DNA from: Hemiscyllium ocellatum | Lineage: Eukaryota | Length of the DNA stretch: 64,000 nt | Direction: 5' to 3' | Assembly: GCF_020745735.1 (NCBI RefSeq) | Contig: NC_083412.1 | Coordinates: forward strand, 96,128,320 to 96,192,319 | Part shown: positions 1-11,560 of the stretch, one piece after another | Layout: each line of letters starts with the position of its first letter | How positions within the stretch are numbered: the first letter of the stretch is position 1 | Translations under genes and position numbers: made by a program | Notes under the pieces: generated by a model | The model's input: only the letters and a program-made list of their open reading frames with translations | The model's database searches: none | What the model was told of the DNA's origin: nothing

Positions 1-735
1 AATAATGGTTGTTCCATCATTAACATCTACCTGCACAGGCAAATGGGATCTCGGTTTAATGTTTTTCTCAGGGACATAAGAACCAGGAGCAGGAGTCGGC
101 ACTCTGGCCCTTTGAGCCTGCTCCACCACTCAATAAAATCATGGCCGATCTTTTCGTGGCCTCAACTCCACTTATCCACCCTTTCACTATAACCCTTAAT
201 TTCTTTACTGTGCAAAAAATGATCTATCTTAGCTTTAAAAATATTTACTGAGGAAGTCTCAATTACTTCCCTGGGCAGGGATTCTCAACCCTCTGGGTGA
301 ACAAGTTCCTTCTCAATTCAGTCCTAAATCTGCACCCTCTAATCTTGAGGCTATGCCCTCTCGTCCTAGTTTCACCACCAGTGGAAACATCCTCTCTATT
401 TCTATCTTATCTACTCCCTTAATAATTTTGTGTTTCTATAAGATCCCTCCTTTATTTTTCTAAATTCCAATGTATAAAATCCCAGTCGACTCAACCTCTC
501 CTCATAAGCTAACCCTCTCAACTCTGGAATTAACCAAGTGAACCTCCTCTGCACCCCCTCCAGGGCCAGTACATCTTTTCTCCAAGTAAGGAGACCGAAT
601 CTGCACACAGTACTCCAGGTGTGGCCTCACCAGCACCCTGTACAGCTGCAACATAACCATCCAGTTTTTAAACTCAATCCCATTAGCAATGAAGGACAAA
701 GTTCCATTTGCCTTCCTAACTACCTGTTGTACCTG

Positions 736-944
736 GGGTAAAAAATGAGGTCTGCAGATGCTGGAGATCACAGTTGAAAATGTGTTGCTGGTTAAAGCAC
801 AGCAGGTCAGGCAGCATCCAAGGAATAGGAAATTCGACGTTTCAGGCATAAGCCCTTCCTGATGAAGGGCTTATGCCCGAAACGTCGAATTTCCTGTTCC
901 TTGGATGCTGCCTGACCTGCTATGCTTTAACCAGCAACACATTT
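736..944. mobile_element. Penelope-like element terminal fragment as an inverted (fold-back) repeat, family A
   Basis: Arms 777-858 and 864-945 are near-perfect reverse complements; exact 15-bp TSD TACCTGTTGTACCTG at 721-735 and 945-959; hammerhead core CTGATGA...GAAA. Confidence 0.9.
856..889 (+). ncRNA. Minimal type I hammerhead ribozyme motif in PLE
   Basis: TTC-CTGATGA-A-GGGC TTAT GCCC-GAAACGTC-GAA: conserved core, stem II hairpin, stem I UUC/GAA, GUC cleavage triplet. Confidence 0.75.
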
Positions 945-1119
945 TACCTGTTGTACCTGCAGACAAACTTTCTGTGATTCATGCACAAAGACTCCCAGGA
1001 TCCTTTGCACCGCATGCTGCAATGTTTTACCGTTCAAATAATAGTCCTTTTTACTGTTACTCCTACCAAAAGGGATGACTTCACATTTATTAACATTGTC
1101 ATCCAGATGGTACCTCTGA

Positions 1120-1225
1120 CAGTCTAACACCCCTCCAGTGCGGCTCAGGAATTTTGTACTCCCTCGCTGGAGTGGGATTTGAACCCGTGAGCCTGAGCAA
1201 GTGTGCTACGCACTGAGCTATGGCT
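1120..1225 (-). mobile_element. Old tRNA-derived SINE fragment
   Basis: Minus strand GCTCAGTG.GTAGCA (A-box-like) and GGTTCAAATCCCACTCCAG (B-box-like). Confidence 0.55.
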
Positions 1226-1500
1226 ATCCTACCCTCTCCCTATCCCAAATGTGCTGTCATTGATCCCAGTGGCCCTCCGAGAGAAATGGGAATAATCAGC
1301 CAACTATTGATTTTTGCTGGAAGGATTCGTGCAGGTTCAGATGTTAGCTGAGAATTGAACCTTGAGTCTTGCTTGACAGTGATAATCATCTTCTCAATCA
1401 CATGTTGAACATTTGGGTCAGGTTGCAAAAGATGATAACATATATATGGTTGAACTGAGCAGATGTGCCTGTGATCATTCTCACGGAGGGGAGCAGTAAA

Positions 1501-1605
1501 TGACGCTTTTGTGGAGTTGTTTGACAGAGGTGATGGAATGAAACTTTTCAGATAAGTTAAGATTCATCTCTTATCATCTCTTAAAATGATGACATTACAA
1601 TCGCC
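1501..1605 (+). repeat. Local duplicate of 2676-2775 (truncated copy of the candidate signal-peptide exon)
   Basis: GTGGAGTTGTTTGACAGAG...AAGATTCATCTCTTATCATCTCTTA.AATGATGACATTACAAT shared by both sites. Confidence 0.85.
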
Positions 1606-2755
1606 TTATTTGTGAAGGATATAATTTCATGAGGGATTCTTCTGTGGTGACCCTCAGCTAAACTACCACCAGTCACCTCTTTCTAATGAGTGAGCAGCCG
1701 TATGGTTCAATATTGACTACTTTTGCTAATCATATAATCCTGTCCTAATGTGCGTCAGTTTGTAATGATTTGCATTAATATGGTGTCTTAATAGAGAACC
1801 AAGTCCCAAGGTGCTTCATAACAGTACGGCAACATAAAATTTGTCACTGAACCACATTAGGGTCACAAGACAAGTGAACAAATGCTTGGCCAAAAAGGTA
1901 TGATTTGTGGAGCATTGCAATGGAAGACAGAGAGAGAGAGAGATATTTAGAGTGGAAATTTCCAAGTTTCATATCTCTGCAGTTGAAGACATGGCCATCA
2001 GCTGTAGCTGGACATCAGGCATGCATTGGAAGGCAGAATTACAGGACTGCAAAGATGTTGGAGGGTTAAAGAGCATACTTGGTAGTTCTCTGGATTAATA
2101 GGCCCATTAACAACTCAATTGACCTATTATATGAATTGTTTCAAAGCTAACTTGTAGAAATGCATTAATTTGATTTATTCTTCTCCCATGTACTTGGGTG
2201 CAATGAAAAGTTTTGTTTTACCTGCAGCATAGGCAGATCAAACCATACAGAGTGCGTTAGGGTAATAGACAGAGCCAGGAAGACAGTGTTACAGCTGCAG
2301 AGAAAGTGCACATAGAGTGAAAACAGCATTAAATTTAAAATTTGAGAGATGCCTTCAGAATTCTCATAGTAGCAGGGAAGAAGATGTTCTTGAATCTATT
2401 GAAGCTGTTCTTGAATCTATATGATGGGTCTGTATTGAGCTTGACCTGTAAAACAGCAGTGGACCACAAAACAACAGATCTGGTTAAGTGATGGATGGTC
2501 AAGGATGCACACGTACCACTGGACCCAGAGAAATTCAGCCCATAACATACCTCTCCTTTTCTCTCATGCGAACTATTTGCCCTTAGCTTCTATTGCCATT
2601 TCCTTTCCAATCCCACCAATTTCAAAGTTTCACGAAGATACCTGAACACTTATGGCCCAGGTGTGAAATTCCTCATGACACTTTAGTGGAGTTGTTTGAC
2701 AGAGATGATGGAGTGAAACATCTCAGACAAGATTCATCTCTTATCATCTCTTATA

Positions 2756-2804
2756 ATGATGACATTACAATTGCTTTGTGCAAGTGTAGCTGGACTGCCA
2801 GTTG
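2756..2804 (+). CDS. Candidate secreted-protein gene, signal-peptide exon (MMTLQLLCASVAGLPV-G); may extend 5' to an acceptor at 2727 (DKIHLLSSLI...)
   Basis: Hydrophobic stretch with V-A-G|L-P cleavage-like site; consensus donor G|GTGAGT at 2804/2805, phase 1; 81-nt intron to ...CTCCTAG at 2885 keeps the frame open. Confidence 0.55.
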
Positions 2805-2885
2805 GTGAGTATCCTGCTAACTTAGCCTCTGACCTTAGTATGCGCATGAGCCATCAAGTCATAAACTTGTACCGTTGACTCCTAG

Positions 2886-3101
2886 GACTTTGGGAAATAT
2901 TCCTAAAACAACGTGTGCCTCGTCGAGACGCATTTTGTATCAGACATCTTCTAGAGTTCAATGCGTACCATCGGGACTTTGAAATGAACCTTCCATGTGC
3001 TAAGGACCTGGCAGCTAAGATGCTTCAGCTACACACCACAACTACCACCACCATCAGTACCACAGCTGCTTCTCCTACTTACAGCCTGACTCTCCATACA
3101 G
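2886..3101 (+). CDS. Candidate gene, module exon 1: GLWEIFLKQRVPRR-DAFCIRHLLEFNAYHRDFEMNLPC-AKDLAAKMLQLHTTTTTTISTTAASPTYSLTLHT
   Basis: 216 nt (72 codons), open in phase 1-1, acceptor GTTGACTCCTAG, donor CAG|GTAATG; unique non-repeat sequence. Confidence 0.6.
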
Positions 3102-4467
3102 GTAATGTCTTGTATGTTTTCCTTGTGTTGTACCAGAATCCAGCCTCCCTGCTGTCTCTTGGCTATTCACCAGGGCCAGTGCTTGTTTTGAATGAAATGG
3201 AGTGAACGTAGAAGGACCAAGAGGAAGCTTATGAATGAAGGTTTTCTTTATCAATTAAATGCTAACTTTGAAAAGAGAAGTTTGGTGAAAGATGCTGAGA
3301 CAACAAAAAGAAATTACACTGTATTTGTGGTGTGTGTTTGGCTTGTTTATAACTCTGCATGTCATATAATTTACATATAGATAAAGGAGTAGTAAATAAA
3401 CCAGATACTGCAATGTTTAGAGGGAGAATGGGAACAATACACTTAATGATAACTTACACAGTCTTTGAAGGGTGATAAGGTGAGTGGTGAAGGATGTTTG
3501 AAAAGTAAAATCTGGATCCTTGGTATTAACAGAGACAGAGAATAACAAAAGGAAGTAATTGTAAACCTTTAAACATCACCAGTGAGGTCTCAGGTGGCAT
3601 ATTATCTCAAATTCAAGGCAGCATGCTATGGGAAGGATTTGGAGAGGGTGCAGAGGACATTTACTGGAATGGTGCTGGGAATATGGGACTCTGGTTCCTG
3701 GGAATGAGGAACTCTGGTTGCAAGACTGAAGATGCTTGGCTTGTCCTTAAGATTAAAGGCGGAGATTTCAAAGAGGTGTCTAAAATTCAAATCCATTTTG
3801 AGAGGGCATTTTTTTAAACATAGACTCTTGGGATTTGGACGTCACTGGCTAGGCTCTCTTTTATTGCCCATCTCTAATCGCCAGAGCCCAGGTAAGAGTC
3901 ACCCACATTACCGTGGGCCTGGAGTCACACATAAGCAAGGATGGGAAAGTATTGCATCACCTGGCAGAAGGGTCTGGGGCTGGAGGACCCTGGTTTAAAG
4001 CCAATAACAAAAGAGCCAGGGTGACAATGGGGAGAAGGTCTTTGATGCAGTAGGTTCTCAAAAGGGAATGAATGTGTACTTGTCAGGGCCAGAGTTTTCA
4101 GGACAAGGGAAGCAAGTAATACAGCTTGTTGTGGTCAGAATATGTGAGTACAAGTATTTTCTTTGAGCCAAAAACTGATTGTTTTTCTGCATTATAAGCT
4201 TTTATAACTCACTGAAGGTGAAATCGGTGATTGTTGCAGCCCAGAACAGGTAAGGAGAACCCAAGCAGCATTGCGCACTGTCACACCCACAGAGTACAAA
4301 ACCAGAAAACACACCTGCTGAATGGGTATCACCGTTGAATGGCATTGCATTACTGCTGAAGATTGGTATCAATCAATCAGTTGATGTCACCCAGCTTCTC
4401 CATTTTGAATCAGAATACCTGTACACCACAGATCACTGCTGCAGACACAACGCAGAGATTCTCCAAC

Positions 4468-5113
4468 AAGTTGCCACCCAGGTAAATAGTGCTGTGAGGA
4501 AGGCATATGGTGTACTGGGCTTTATTGGCAGAGGAATTGAGTTCCGGAGTCCTGAGGTCATGTTGCAGTTGTATAAGACTCTGGTGCGGCCTCATCTGGA
4601 GTATTGTGTGCAGTTTTGGTCGCCATACTATAGGAAGGATGTGGAAGCTTTAGAACGAGTGCAGAGGAGGTTTACCAGGATGTTGCCTGGAATGGTAGGA
4701 AAATCTTATGAGGAAAGGCTGAGGCACTTGGGGCTGTTCTCATTGGAGAAGAGAAGGTTTAGGGGAGATCTGATAGAAGTGTATAAGATGATTAGGGGTT
4801 TAGATAGGGTAGATACTAAGAACCTTTTACCGCTAATGGAGTCAGGTGTTACTAGGGGACATAGCTTTAAATTAAGGGGTGGTAGGTATAGGACCGATGT
4901 TAGGGGTAGATTCTTCACACAGCGGGTTGTGAGTTCATGGAATGCCCTGCCCGTATCAGTGGTGAACTCTCCTTCTTTATGGTCATTTAAGCGGGCATTG
5001 GATAGGCATTTGGAAGTTATTGGGCTAGTATAGGTTAGGTAGGATTCGGTCGGCGCAACATCGAGGGCCGAAGGGCCTGTACTGCGCTGTATCCTTCTAT
5101 GTTCTATGTTCTA
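4468..5113 (+). mobile_element. Young 5'-truncated CR1 LINE with uninterrupted ORF2 C-terminus
   Basis: ORF 4335-5033 contains LYKTLVRPHLEYCVQFWSPY...LERVQRRFTRM...RGDLIEVYK...RFFTQRVV..WNALP; (TTCTATG)n tail. Confidence 0.95.
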
Positions 5114-5479
5114 AGTGGTCACTTACACCAGGGCATCCTGTTAACAATCGCCTGTCCGCTCCCCAGGATTCGGCATGGATTCCCTTGGCTGTGTTGATTC
5201 TAGTCTTGAGTCAGAGTGTGGGATCAGGCTCCTGGCCAGCCAAAAGCCCCAGTGTAGAATATCGATTGTCAATAGCTTTGATTTAAAAACTGAATACTCT
5301 GCCTGGGGCTAATAATGTGTGATTGTAGCATTGTGGTGTTGTGGAGCAGTAGGTGATAAAGGCTGTGACCATCTCAGTAAAGACGTTTGATTGTATCAAC
5401 CCAACTGTTTGATGTTGACACGGTGCAAAACCATGTCAGGTTCGAAAAGAAAAGCAAAATCATAAAATTGCTACCAGGG

Positions 5480-5640
5480 CGAAATAAAGACAGAAAGTGC
5501 TGGAAATGCTCAGTATGTCAGGTGACCTCAGTGGTGAGAGAGACAGAGTTAACTTTCCAGCTTTCATCAGGACTCCACAACTAACTTTGTTTCTCTGTCC
5601 ACAGAAGCTGCCTGACCTGCTGAGTAACTCTTTAGGGTTT
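5480..5640. mobile_element. Degenerate PLE-derived short element (family D), inverted arrangement
   Basis: TGCTGGAAATGCTCAG...GAGTTAAC followed by its reverse complement CTCTGTCCACAGAAGCTGCCTGACCTGCTGAG. Confidence 0.55.
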
Positions 5641-5789
5641 GGTATTTAGCGTGTCTGTCACCAACAAATTTCCTGAAGCTTTGACAAGTCAGCAGACTGG
5701 GAGAGCTTGCTGTTCAAAGTATTCTGTTGCCTTGTGTTTCGACTTGCCTTGCTTTCTGAAAGCTAAATTAGCTTTATATCTCAATGATT

Positions 5790-6835
5790 GCAGTATGAGG
5801 ATGTAGAAGTTATGCCTTGGTTATGCAAAACTCTGGTTAGATCCACTTCGAGTGGAGTAGACTAGAATACAACATAATAGAATAGAATAACCGTTATTGC
5901 CATATATACTCAATGAGTATAGTGACTGGGTTTCCTCCAGGTGCTATGGTTTCCTCCCTCAGTCCAAAGATGTGCAGATTAGGGTGAATTGACCTTGAAA
6001 AATTGCCCACAGTGTACAGGGATGTGTAGGTTAGCTGCATTAGTCAGGTGTAAATGTAGAGTAATATGATAGGGGGAATGGGACTAGGAGGGTTGCTCTT
6101 CGCAGGGTCAGTGTGGACTTGTTGGTCTGAGTGGCTATAGGGATTCTATGATTCTATGAAAAGTTAATACGTCATCAGTTACAGTGCCGACTTACATACA
6201 AAAGTACTAAGGCACAGCTTCTTTAGTTACAAGATCTTAGACGATAGAGAAATAAGGTGTCCAGCATTACAGAAAGAAAAGTTTTTCAACAGACCATGCT
6301 GGCACCTAGTTCCCAGTCCTGTGAGCAGATCTGGGTACTGCACCTTAGGAAAGATATATTACCCTTGGAGGGAGTACAACGTAGGTTCACAAGATTGTTG
6401 CCTGGACTTCAGGAGGGATTACACAAATTAAGCCTGTTTTCTTCAGAATTTAGAAGGTTTAGGGCGATCTAATTGATGTCATCAAGATATTAACAGGAAA
6501 AGACAGGGTAGATAAAAATAAACTATTTCCACTCATTGGGGATTCTAGAAATCGGGGCATAGTCTGAGAATTAGAGACAGACAGTTCGGGAGAGATTGTA
6601 AGAAGCACCTCCAAACACAAAGGGTGAGAGATGTTTGCAACGCTCTTCCACAAATGGCAGTAGATGCTGGATCAATTGTTCATAAATAAATCTGAGATCG
6701 ATAAATTTTCATTAAGCAAAGGTGTTGAGGGCCAAATGCAGGTTTGCGAAGTTAGGCCACAAATATCAGCCATTATCTCACTGAATGGTGGAATAGGCTC
6801 GAGGGGCTGAATGGCTTCCTCCTGTTCCTGTGTTG
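5790..6835 (+). mobile_element. CR1 fragment split by nested insertions, including a partial HE1 SINE at ~5925-6158
   Basis: CR1 motifs at 5790-5850 resume at ~6320 (EQIWVLHLRKDILPLEGVQRRFT); HE1 body GGTTTCCTCC...CCAAAGATGTGCAG in between. Confidence 0.75.
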
Positions 6836-7329
6836 ATTTGTTGAGGAGGAAATTATTGCTCTGCTGGTGGAATCTCCAAACTCAGTCATGTTGCTTTTTG
6901 GAATCAAATTTTGTGAGGCAATAATTAGATGTTTCTCCAACCAATCTCTCTTCGAGTCTGTAACACTGAAACTCCATATGGGTAATGAGGGACAAAGAAA
7001 GAACTGCAAGGGAGGGAAACCTGCGCCATGCTCATTCCTTATTTAATTGGGTCGGTTAAGCAGTTGGGGTGTAGTTTTGCTTGTACCAAAGCACACCCTG
7101 ATGCTCAGATCATTTCCTGGATGGTTTCCAGTCAGTCACAACCTGCAGAGTACTATGCGATTCCAACAACATCTATTTACCATTCCATGTTCGTTGTTTG
7201 GTTTTGGTGACACTCAGTTGGAGCTCACTAAATGTTGGTTACAATAGGAATCATTGAAGGTGTGGTGGGCAAGACAGTGCAGCACTGTTCTAGAACATGT
7301 GCCTCGGGTAGAATTGAGGACTTCTTAAA

Positions 7330-7830
7330 ATATATTCTTCCACAAGATTTGACTCAAGATTATCGTTCATTCCTAAATGCCTAGAGAAGGTGGGGGGTGA
7401 GTCACTTTCTTGAACTGCTGCAGTCCATGTGCTGTAGGTAGGCCCAGTATTTATTGCCCGTCCCTAGTTGCCCCTTGAGAAGGAGGGGGTGAGCTGCCTT
7501 CTTGAACCACTGCAGTCCATGTGCTGTAGGTTGACCCACAATGCCCTTAGGGAGGGAATTCCAGGATTTTGACCCAGTAACAGATGGTCACTGCAGGATG
7601 GTGAGTGTCTTGGAGGGGATCTTTCAGGGGGTGGTGTTCCCATGTATCTACTGCCCTTGTCCTTCCAGATGGAAGTGGTCGTGGGTTTGGAAAGAGCTAA
7701 GGATCTTGGGTGAATTTCTGCAGTGCATCCTGCAGGTGATACACACTGCAACTACTGATTGTCGGTGGTGGAGGGAGAGGATGTTTTCAGATGATAGGAT
7801 GTCAATCAAATGAGCTGTTTAGTCCAGGAT
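7330..7830 (-). mobile_element. 3' fragments of a second LINE family (tail GGGCAACTAGGGACGGGCAATAAAT)
   Basis: Same sequence recurs at 12150-13000, 27070-27750, 31110-31830, 52480-52935 and 54355-54630. Confidence 0.75.
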
Positions 7831-8225
7831 GTTTAACTGAGCATGAGTTGCCCCCCAGCTGGATTGACTGGTTAATGCTGTTGGGACAAATCATCTCTTG
7901 TTTTAATCTGAGATTGCTTATTTTGCTAACTTTGTTTTAAATACCCTGTTCAGATATGTTGTGACACACTTCTGGAGCAGGTGGGACTTAAACACAGGTT
8001 TCCTGGTCGAGAGGTAGGGACACTCCCTCTGCATGACAAGAGCCCCTTTACTCCTGGCTTTGTGTGATGGTGAAAATGATTTCACTGCAGGTTTAACATA
8101 ATTCCTGACTGTTATTCCCATTGACTTCAGAGTCAAGACCTTCTAATTCCTATTCTTTTCACCTGAAAGCATTTCTCTTGTGAAGGGAAAATTACACCAA
8201 TGTAATTTATTTTATTATTACAGTT

Positions 8226-8543
8226 AAGATGATTAGGGGTTTAGATAGGGTTGACAATGAGAACCTTTTTCCATGTGTGGAGTCAGCTATTACGAGGGGG
8301 CATAGCTTTAAATTAAGGGGAGGTAGGTATAGGACAGATGTTAGGGGTAGATTCTTTACTCAGTGAGTCCTGAGTTCATAGAATGCCCTGCCAGTAACAG
8401 TGGTGGACTCTCCCTCTTTATGGGCATTTAAATGGGCATTGGATAGGCATATGGAGGATAGTGGGCTAGTGTAGGCTAGGTGGGCTTGGATCGGCGCAAC
8501 ATGAGGGCCAAAGGGCCTGTACTGTGCTGTATTTTTCTATGTT
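8226..8543 (+). mobile_element. Young CR1 3' end, same subfamily as 4468-5113
   Basis: High identity to 4785-5105 (AAGATGATTAGGGGTTTAGATAGGGT...CATAGCTTTAAATTAAGGGG). Confidence 0.9.
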
Positions 8544-8889
8544 AATTACACTGTAAGTAATTTTTTTCAGGACCTCAGGTTAGGATTTATCCCTCAGGCA
8601 ATGCCTCTTTTTGCTGGCACAGAGAGCACAGTTTCAATACAGAGGTTTGCCCTTTTAAGACAGAAATGGGAAGGAGTTTCCTCTCTTCTCATAGACGGTA
8701 GCGAATTTACAGAATTCTTCCCTGCCAAAAGCTGTCGGGGTTGGGGCATTAAGTATATTCAAGGCCAAAACGGACAGGTCTTTAATCCGGAAGGGAATCA
8801 AGAGTAATTGGGTAAAGGCAGGAAAGTGGAGTGAGGGTTATCAGACCATCTATGATCTCACTGGATGGTGAAGCAGAACCAACGGGCTG

Positions 8890-9065
8890 GGTGGGGTTCT
8901 GGATTGGAGTGGTGCTGGAAAAGCACAGCAGGTTAGGCAGCATCTGAGGAGAAGGAAAATTGACATTTCGGGCAAAAGCTCTTCATCAGGAATACAGCTG
9001 TGCTTTTCCAGCACCAGTCTAATCCAGAATCTGGTTTCCAGCATGTGCAGTCATTGTTTTTACCT
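8890..9065. mobile_element. PLE family A inverted fragment inserted in a CR1 3' UTR
   Basis: Inverted arms TCTGGATTGGAGTGGTGCTGGAAAAGCACAGC / GCTGTGCTTTTCCAGCACCAGTCTAATCCAGA; TSD CAA(C/T)GGGCTG at 8880-8889 and 9066-9075. Confidence 0.8.
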
Positions 9066-9486
9066 CAATGGGCTGAATGGCCTGCTTCTGCTCCTACAGC
9101 TTATGGTCCTGTGCTATAAATCTGCACATTTATGCAACTAGAGCCTCCAGTCACTGACCACTTGAATGTACAAATATATCAAAAATAGTATCATTATTCC
9201 ATCATTTCTCAAAGTTTTCCTTCCAGTAACAGTGCACCTTCAAAGTAGCAAATAAAAGACCAGAGAGGCTTCGCAGGTTGAGACAGTAGGTGATATTAAA
9301 ATGGGTGGCGAACATTTCCTACCACAGGGAGGTTTGAGGAGAAGAGAGGCAGCGGGACAGCTTTAGGGAAGGATCCGCAGAGTTTGCAGGTCGTGTGCGG
9401 TGAGGTTGATATGACCATGAGCGCTGTAACAATGACACTGACAGTCACAGGGAAGGATGGGGTGCCAGTACTAATGGGAGATGTGC

Positions 9487-9945
9487 TTTTTTTATTCATT
9501 TGTGGGACCTGGGCATCAGTGATTGGCCAGCACTGATAGCCCGTCCCTATTTGCCCTTGAGAAGATGGTGGTGAGCCACTTCCTTGAACTGCTGCAGTCC
9601 AGTTGCTGTGGCTCTCCAGTGCTTGATACAACTGAATGGCTTGCTCGGCCATTTCAGAGGGTGGTTGAGAGTCACCACATTACTGTGGGTCTGGAGTCAC
9701 ATGTAGGCCAGACCAACTGAGGATGGCAGATTTCCTTCCCTGAAGGACATGAGTGAGCCAGATGGGTTTTTCCAACAAGTAACAATGGCTCATGGTCATC
9801 AGTCGACTCTTAATTCCAGATTTTATTATTGAATTCAAATTCCACCATCTGCCATGGTGGGGTTCGAACTCAGGTCCCCGGAACATTATTCTTGGTTTCT
9901 GGATTAATAGGCGAACGATAATACCATTAGGCCATCACCTCCCCA
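9487..9945 (-). mobile_element. tRNA-derived SINE sharing its 3' tail with the second LINE family
   Basis: Minus 5' GGGGAGGTGATGGCCTAATGG (A box), GAGTTCGAACCCC (B box), body GGAAGGAAATCTGCC; further copies at 11685-12025, 20450-20950, 29740-30080, 58355-58740, 61815-62290. Confidence 0.8.
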
Positions 9946-10346
9946 ACATTTTACAGATGTTATGAAGATGTGTGACTCAAACATTACTGAATGATATCAT
10001 TGACTGGACCCTATAGAAAGTTTTCTTTGAACTGAAAAGGCATTGGATACAATAGCACGAATGCTGCATCTGCAAGGATCAGGTATTCAGGTGGGAGACA
10101 TCCAATCAACTGGGCTTTCAGAGAGTGAGTGTGTGTTTGTGTGTATGAGCGTGTCTTCAAGTGTGTATTTGGGAGTGTCTGTTAGTGTACGTTTCATAGT
10201 TTCATTGTAATAGAAGCAGGAGTAGGCCATTTGGCCGATCAAGCCTGCTCTGCCATTCACTAAGATCATAGCTGATCTATCCATTGTCTCAGCTCCTCCC
10301 ACCTGCATTATCCCCATAATCCCTAAATTCCCTGCCATGCAAAAAC

Positions 10347-10348
<2 letters not shown>

Positions 10349-10377
<29 letters not shown>

Positions 10378-10663
10378 ACCAAGACTGTGTGTGAGAGAGA
10401 CTGTGTGGGTGTATGTGTGTGTGTAGATGTACGTGTGTGTGGATGCATGTGTATGTGGGGGGTAACTGTGTGAATGTGAGACTGTGTGGATGTATGTATG
10501 TGTGGAGGACTGTGTAGATGTGTGACTCTGTGTGGATGTATGTGAGACTGTGTGGATGTATGTGAGCGTGTGTGTGTGTGTGAGAGGGAGAGACTGTGTG
10601 TGTGAGACTGTGTGGATGTGTGTATGTGTAAGAGAGAGAGAGAGACTGTGTGGATGTGTGTGT
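10349..10663. repeat. (GT)n microsatellite and degenerate TG-rich simple repeat
   Basis: Direct reading. Confidence 0.95.
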
Positions 10664-11353
10664 CATCTTCATTAATGAGATTGCATTAGTATTAAACTAG
10701 TTATTCCTAGTGACTAAAGAAATCTGACTTTTCCTAATATGAAGGCTAATACAGCTCAAGATGATGTTTGTTGGTTTTATCTTCACATCGTTGAGATGTA
10801 CAATTTGTTTTGATGAGTGGAGCACTGGGACTAAAGAAGAATCAGTGTACCTCTCCAACCTCAGTGTTAACACAGAGAACACTATGTCCGATATCGTAAA
10901 TAAGAGTTTGGATATATATTCTTGGGTCAGAAAGCAGACTTTCTGAGGTGGAGAGAAATCATTACAAGCTACAAATACTGAGCAGTGATGAGGACAATCC
11001 ATCTATCCAACAGGCAGAGTAGAGAGCTGAGCCAAGAGCCATATGGTAACACCAAACAGGAACTAAACCAGTTGACCATGTTGTTATTACTGGTGCCCTG
11101 CTTCTCTTGCAGATGGCATGATTTTCTCTTCAGTGAACCAAATGGATGCTTATTCCCTTTCTGTGCACTTCCAATGTTCAGCTCCAATGTAGAGATGAAT
11201 AGCAGGGTGAGGGGGGTAGTGGAGGTTATGTGGTAGTTCAACACTGGGACCTCGCAGTCAGAAAGTCTGTGTGCTCACTTCACAGCGTGTAACACCCAGG
11301 GCTTTGCAGGGAAGCTAGCAACCCATCAGAAAACCTCTACTGTTGAATCCTAG

Positions 11354-11560
11354 GAATCCCACGAAGCTATCGTCATCGACGTTTCACATGGCAACCGAGG
11401 ACTTGCAATCAAGAGTTCCACCGGATGATGCGATTCCATCACCCATTGTTTCGAAGGTTTCATAGGATTAGGCCTTGCAAGAAGCAGCCCACAACCACAG
11501 TGTCTCATAATGAAGCAACAGAAACTATCACTCTCCCATACACGTCTCTTCAAACCTCAG
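11354..11560 (+). CDS. Candidate gene, module exon 2: GIPRSYRHRR-FTWQPRTCNQEFHRMMRFHHPLFRRFHRIRPC-KKQPTTTVSHNEATETITLPYTSLQTS
   Basis: 207 nt (69 codons), open in phase 1-1, acceptor GTTGAATCCTAG homologous to that of 2886, donor CAG|GTAACT; same architecture as module exon 1. Confidence 0.6.

Larger units (their letters stand above)
74..1110 (-). mobile_element. CR1-type LINE 3' fragment (RT C-terminal region), interrupted by a PLE insertion at 736-944
   Basis: Minus-strand ORF pieces LYRVLVRPHLEYCVQ / LEGVQRRFT / YEERLSRLG are typical CR1 ORF2 C-terminal motifs; CR1 3' UTR at the left end. Confidence 0.9.

Noticed and set aside
4335-5033. Longest ORF (232 aa) as a host gene
   Set aside because: It is the CR1 ORF2 C-terminus read in from flanking DNA; the start codon lies outside the element.
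10289-10672. His/Thr-rich ORFs (also 25420-25743 and 48348-48725)
   Set aside because: Translations of GT/CA simple repeats.
11112-11205. Exon upstream of module 2 (acceptor CTTCTCTTGCAG, donor GG|GTGAGG)
   Set aside because: The phase-1 frame hits TAG and the open frame ends in phase 0, so it does not join 11354 in frame.
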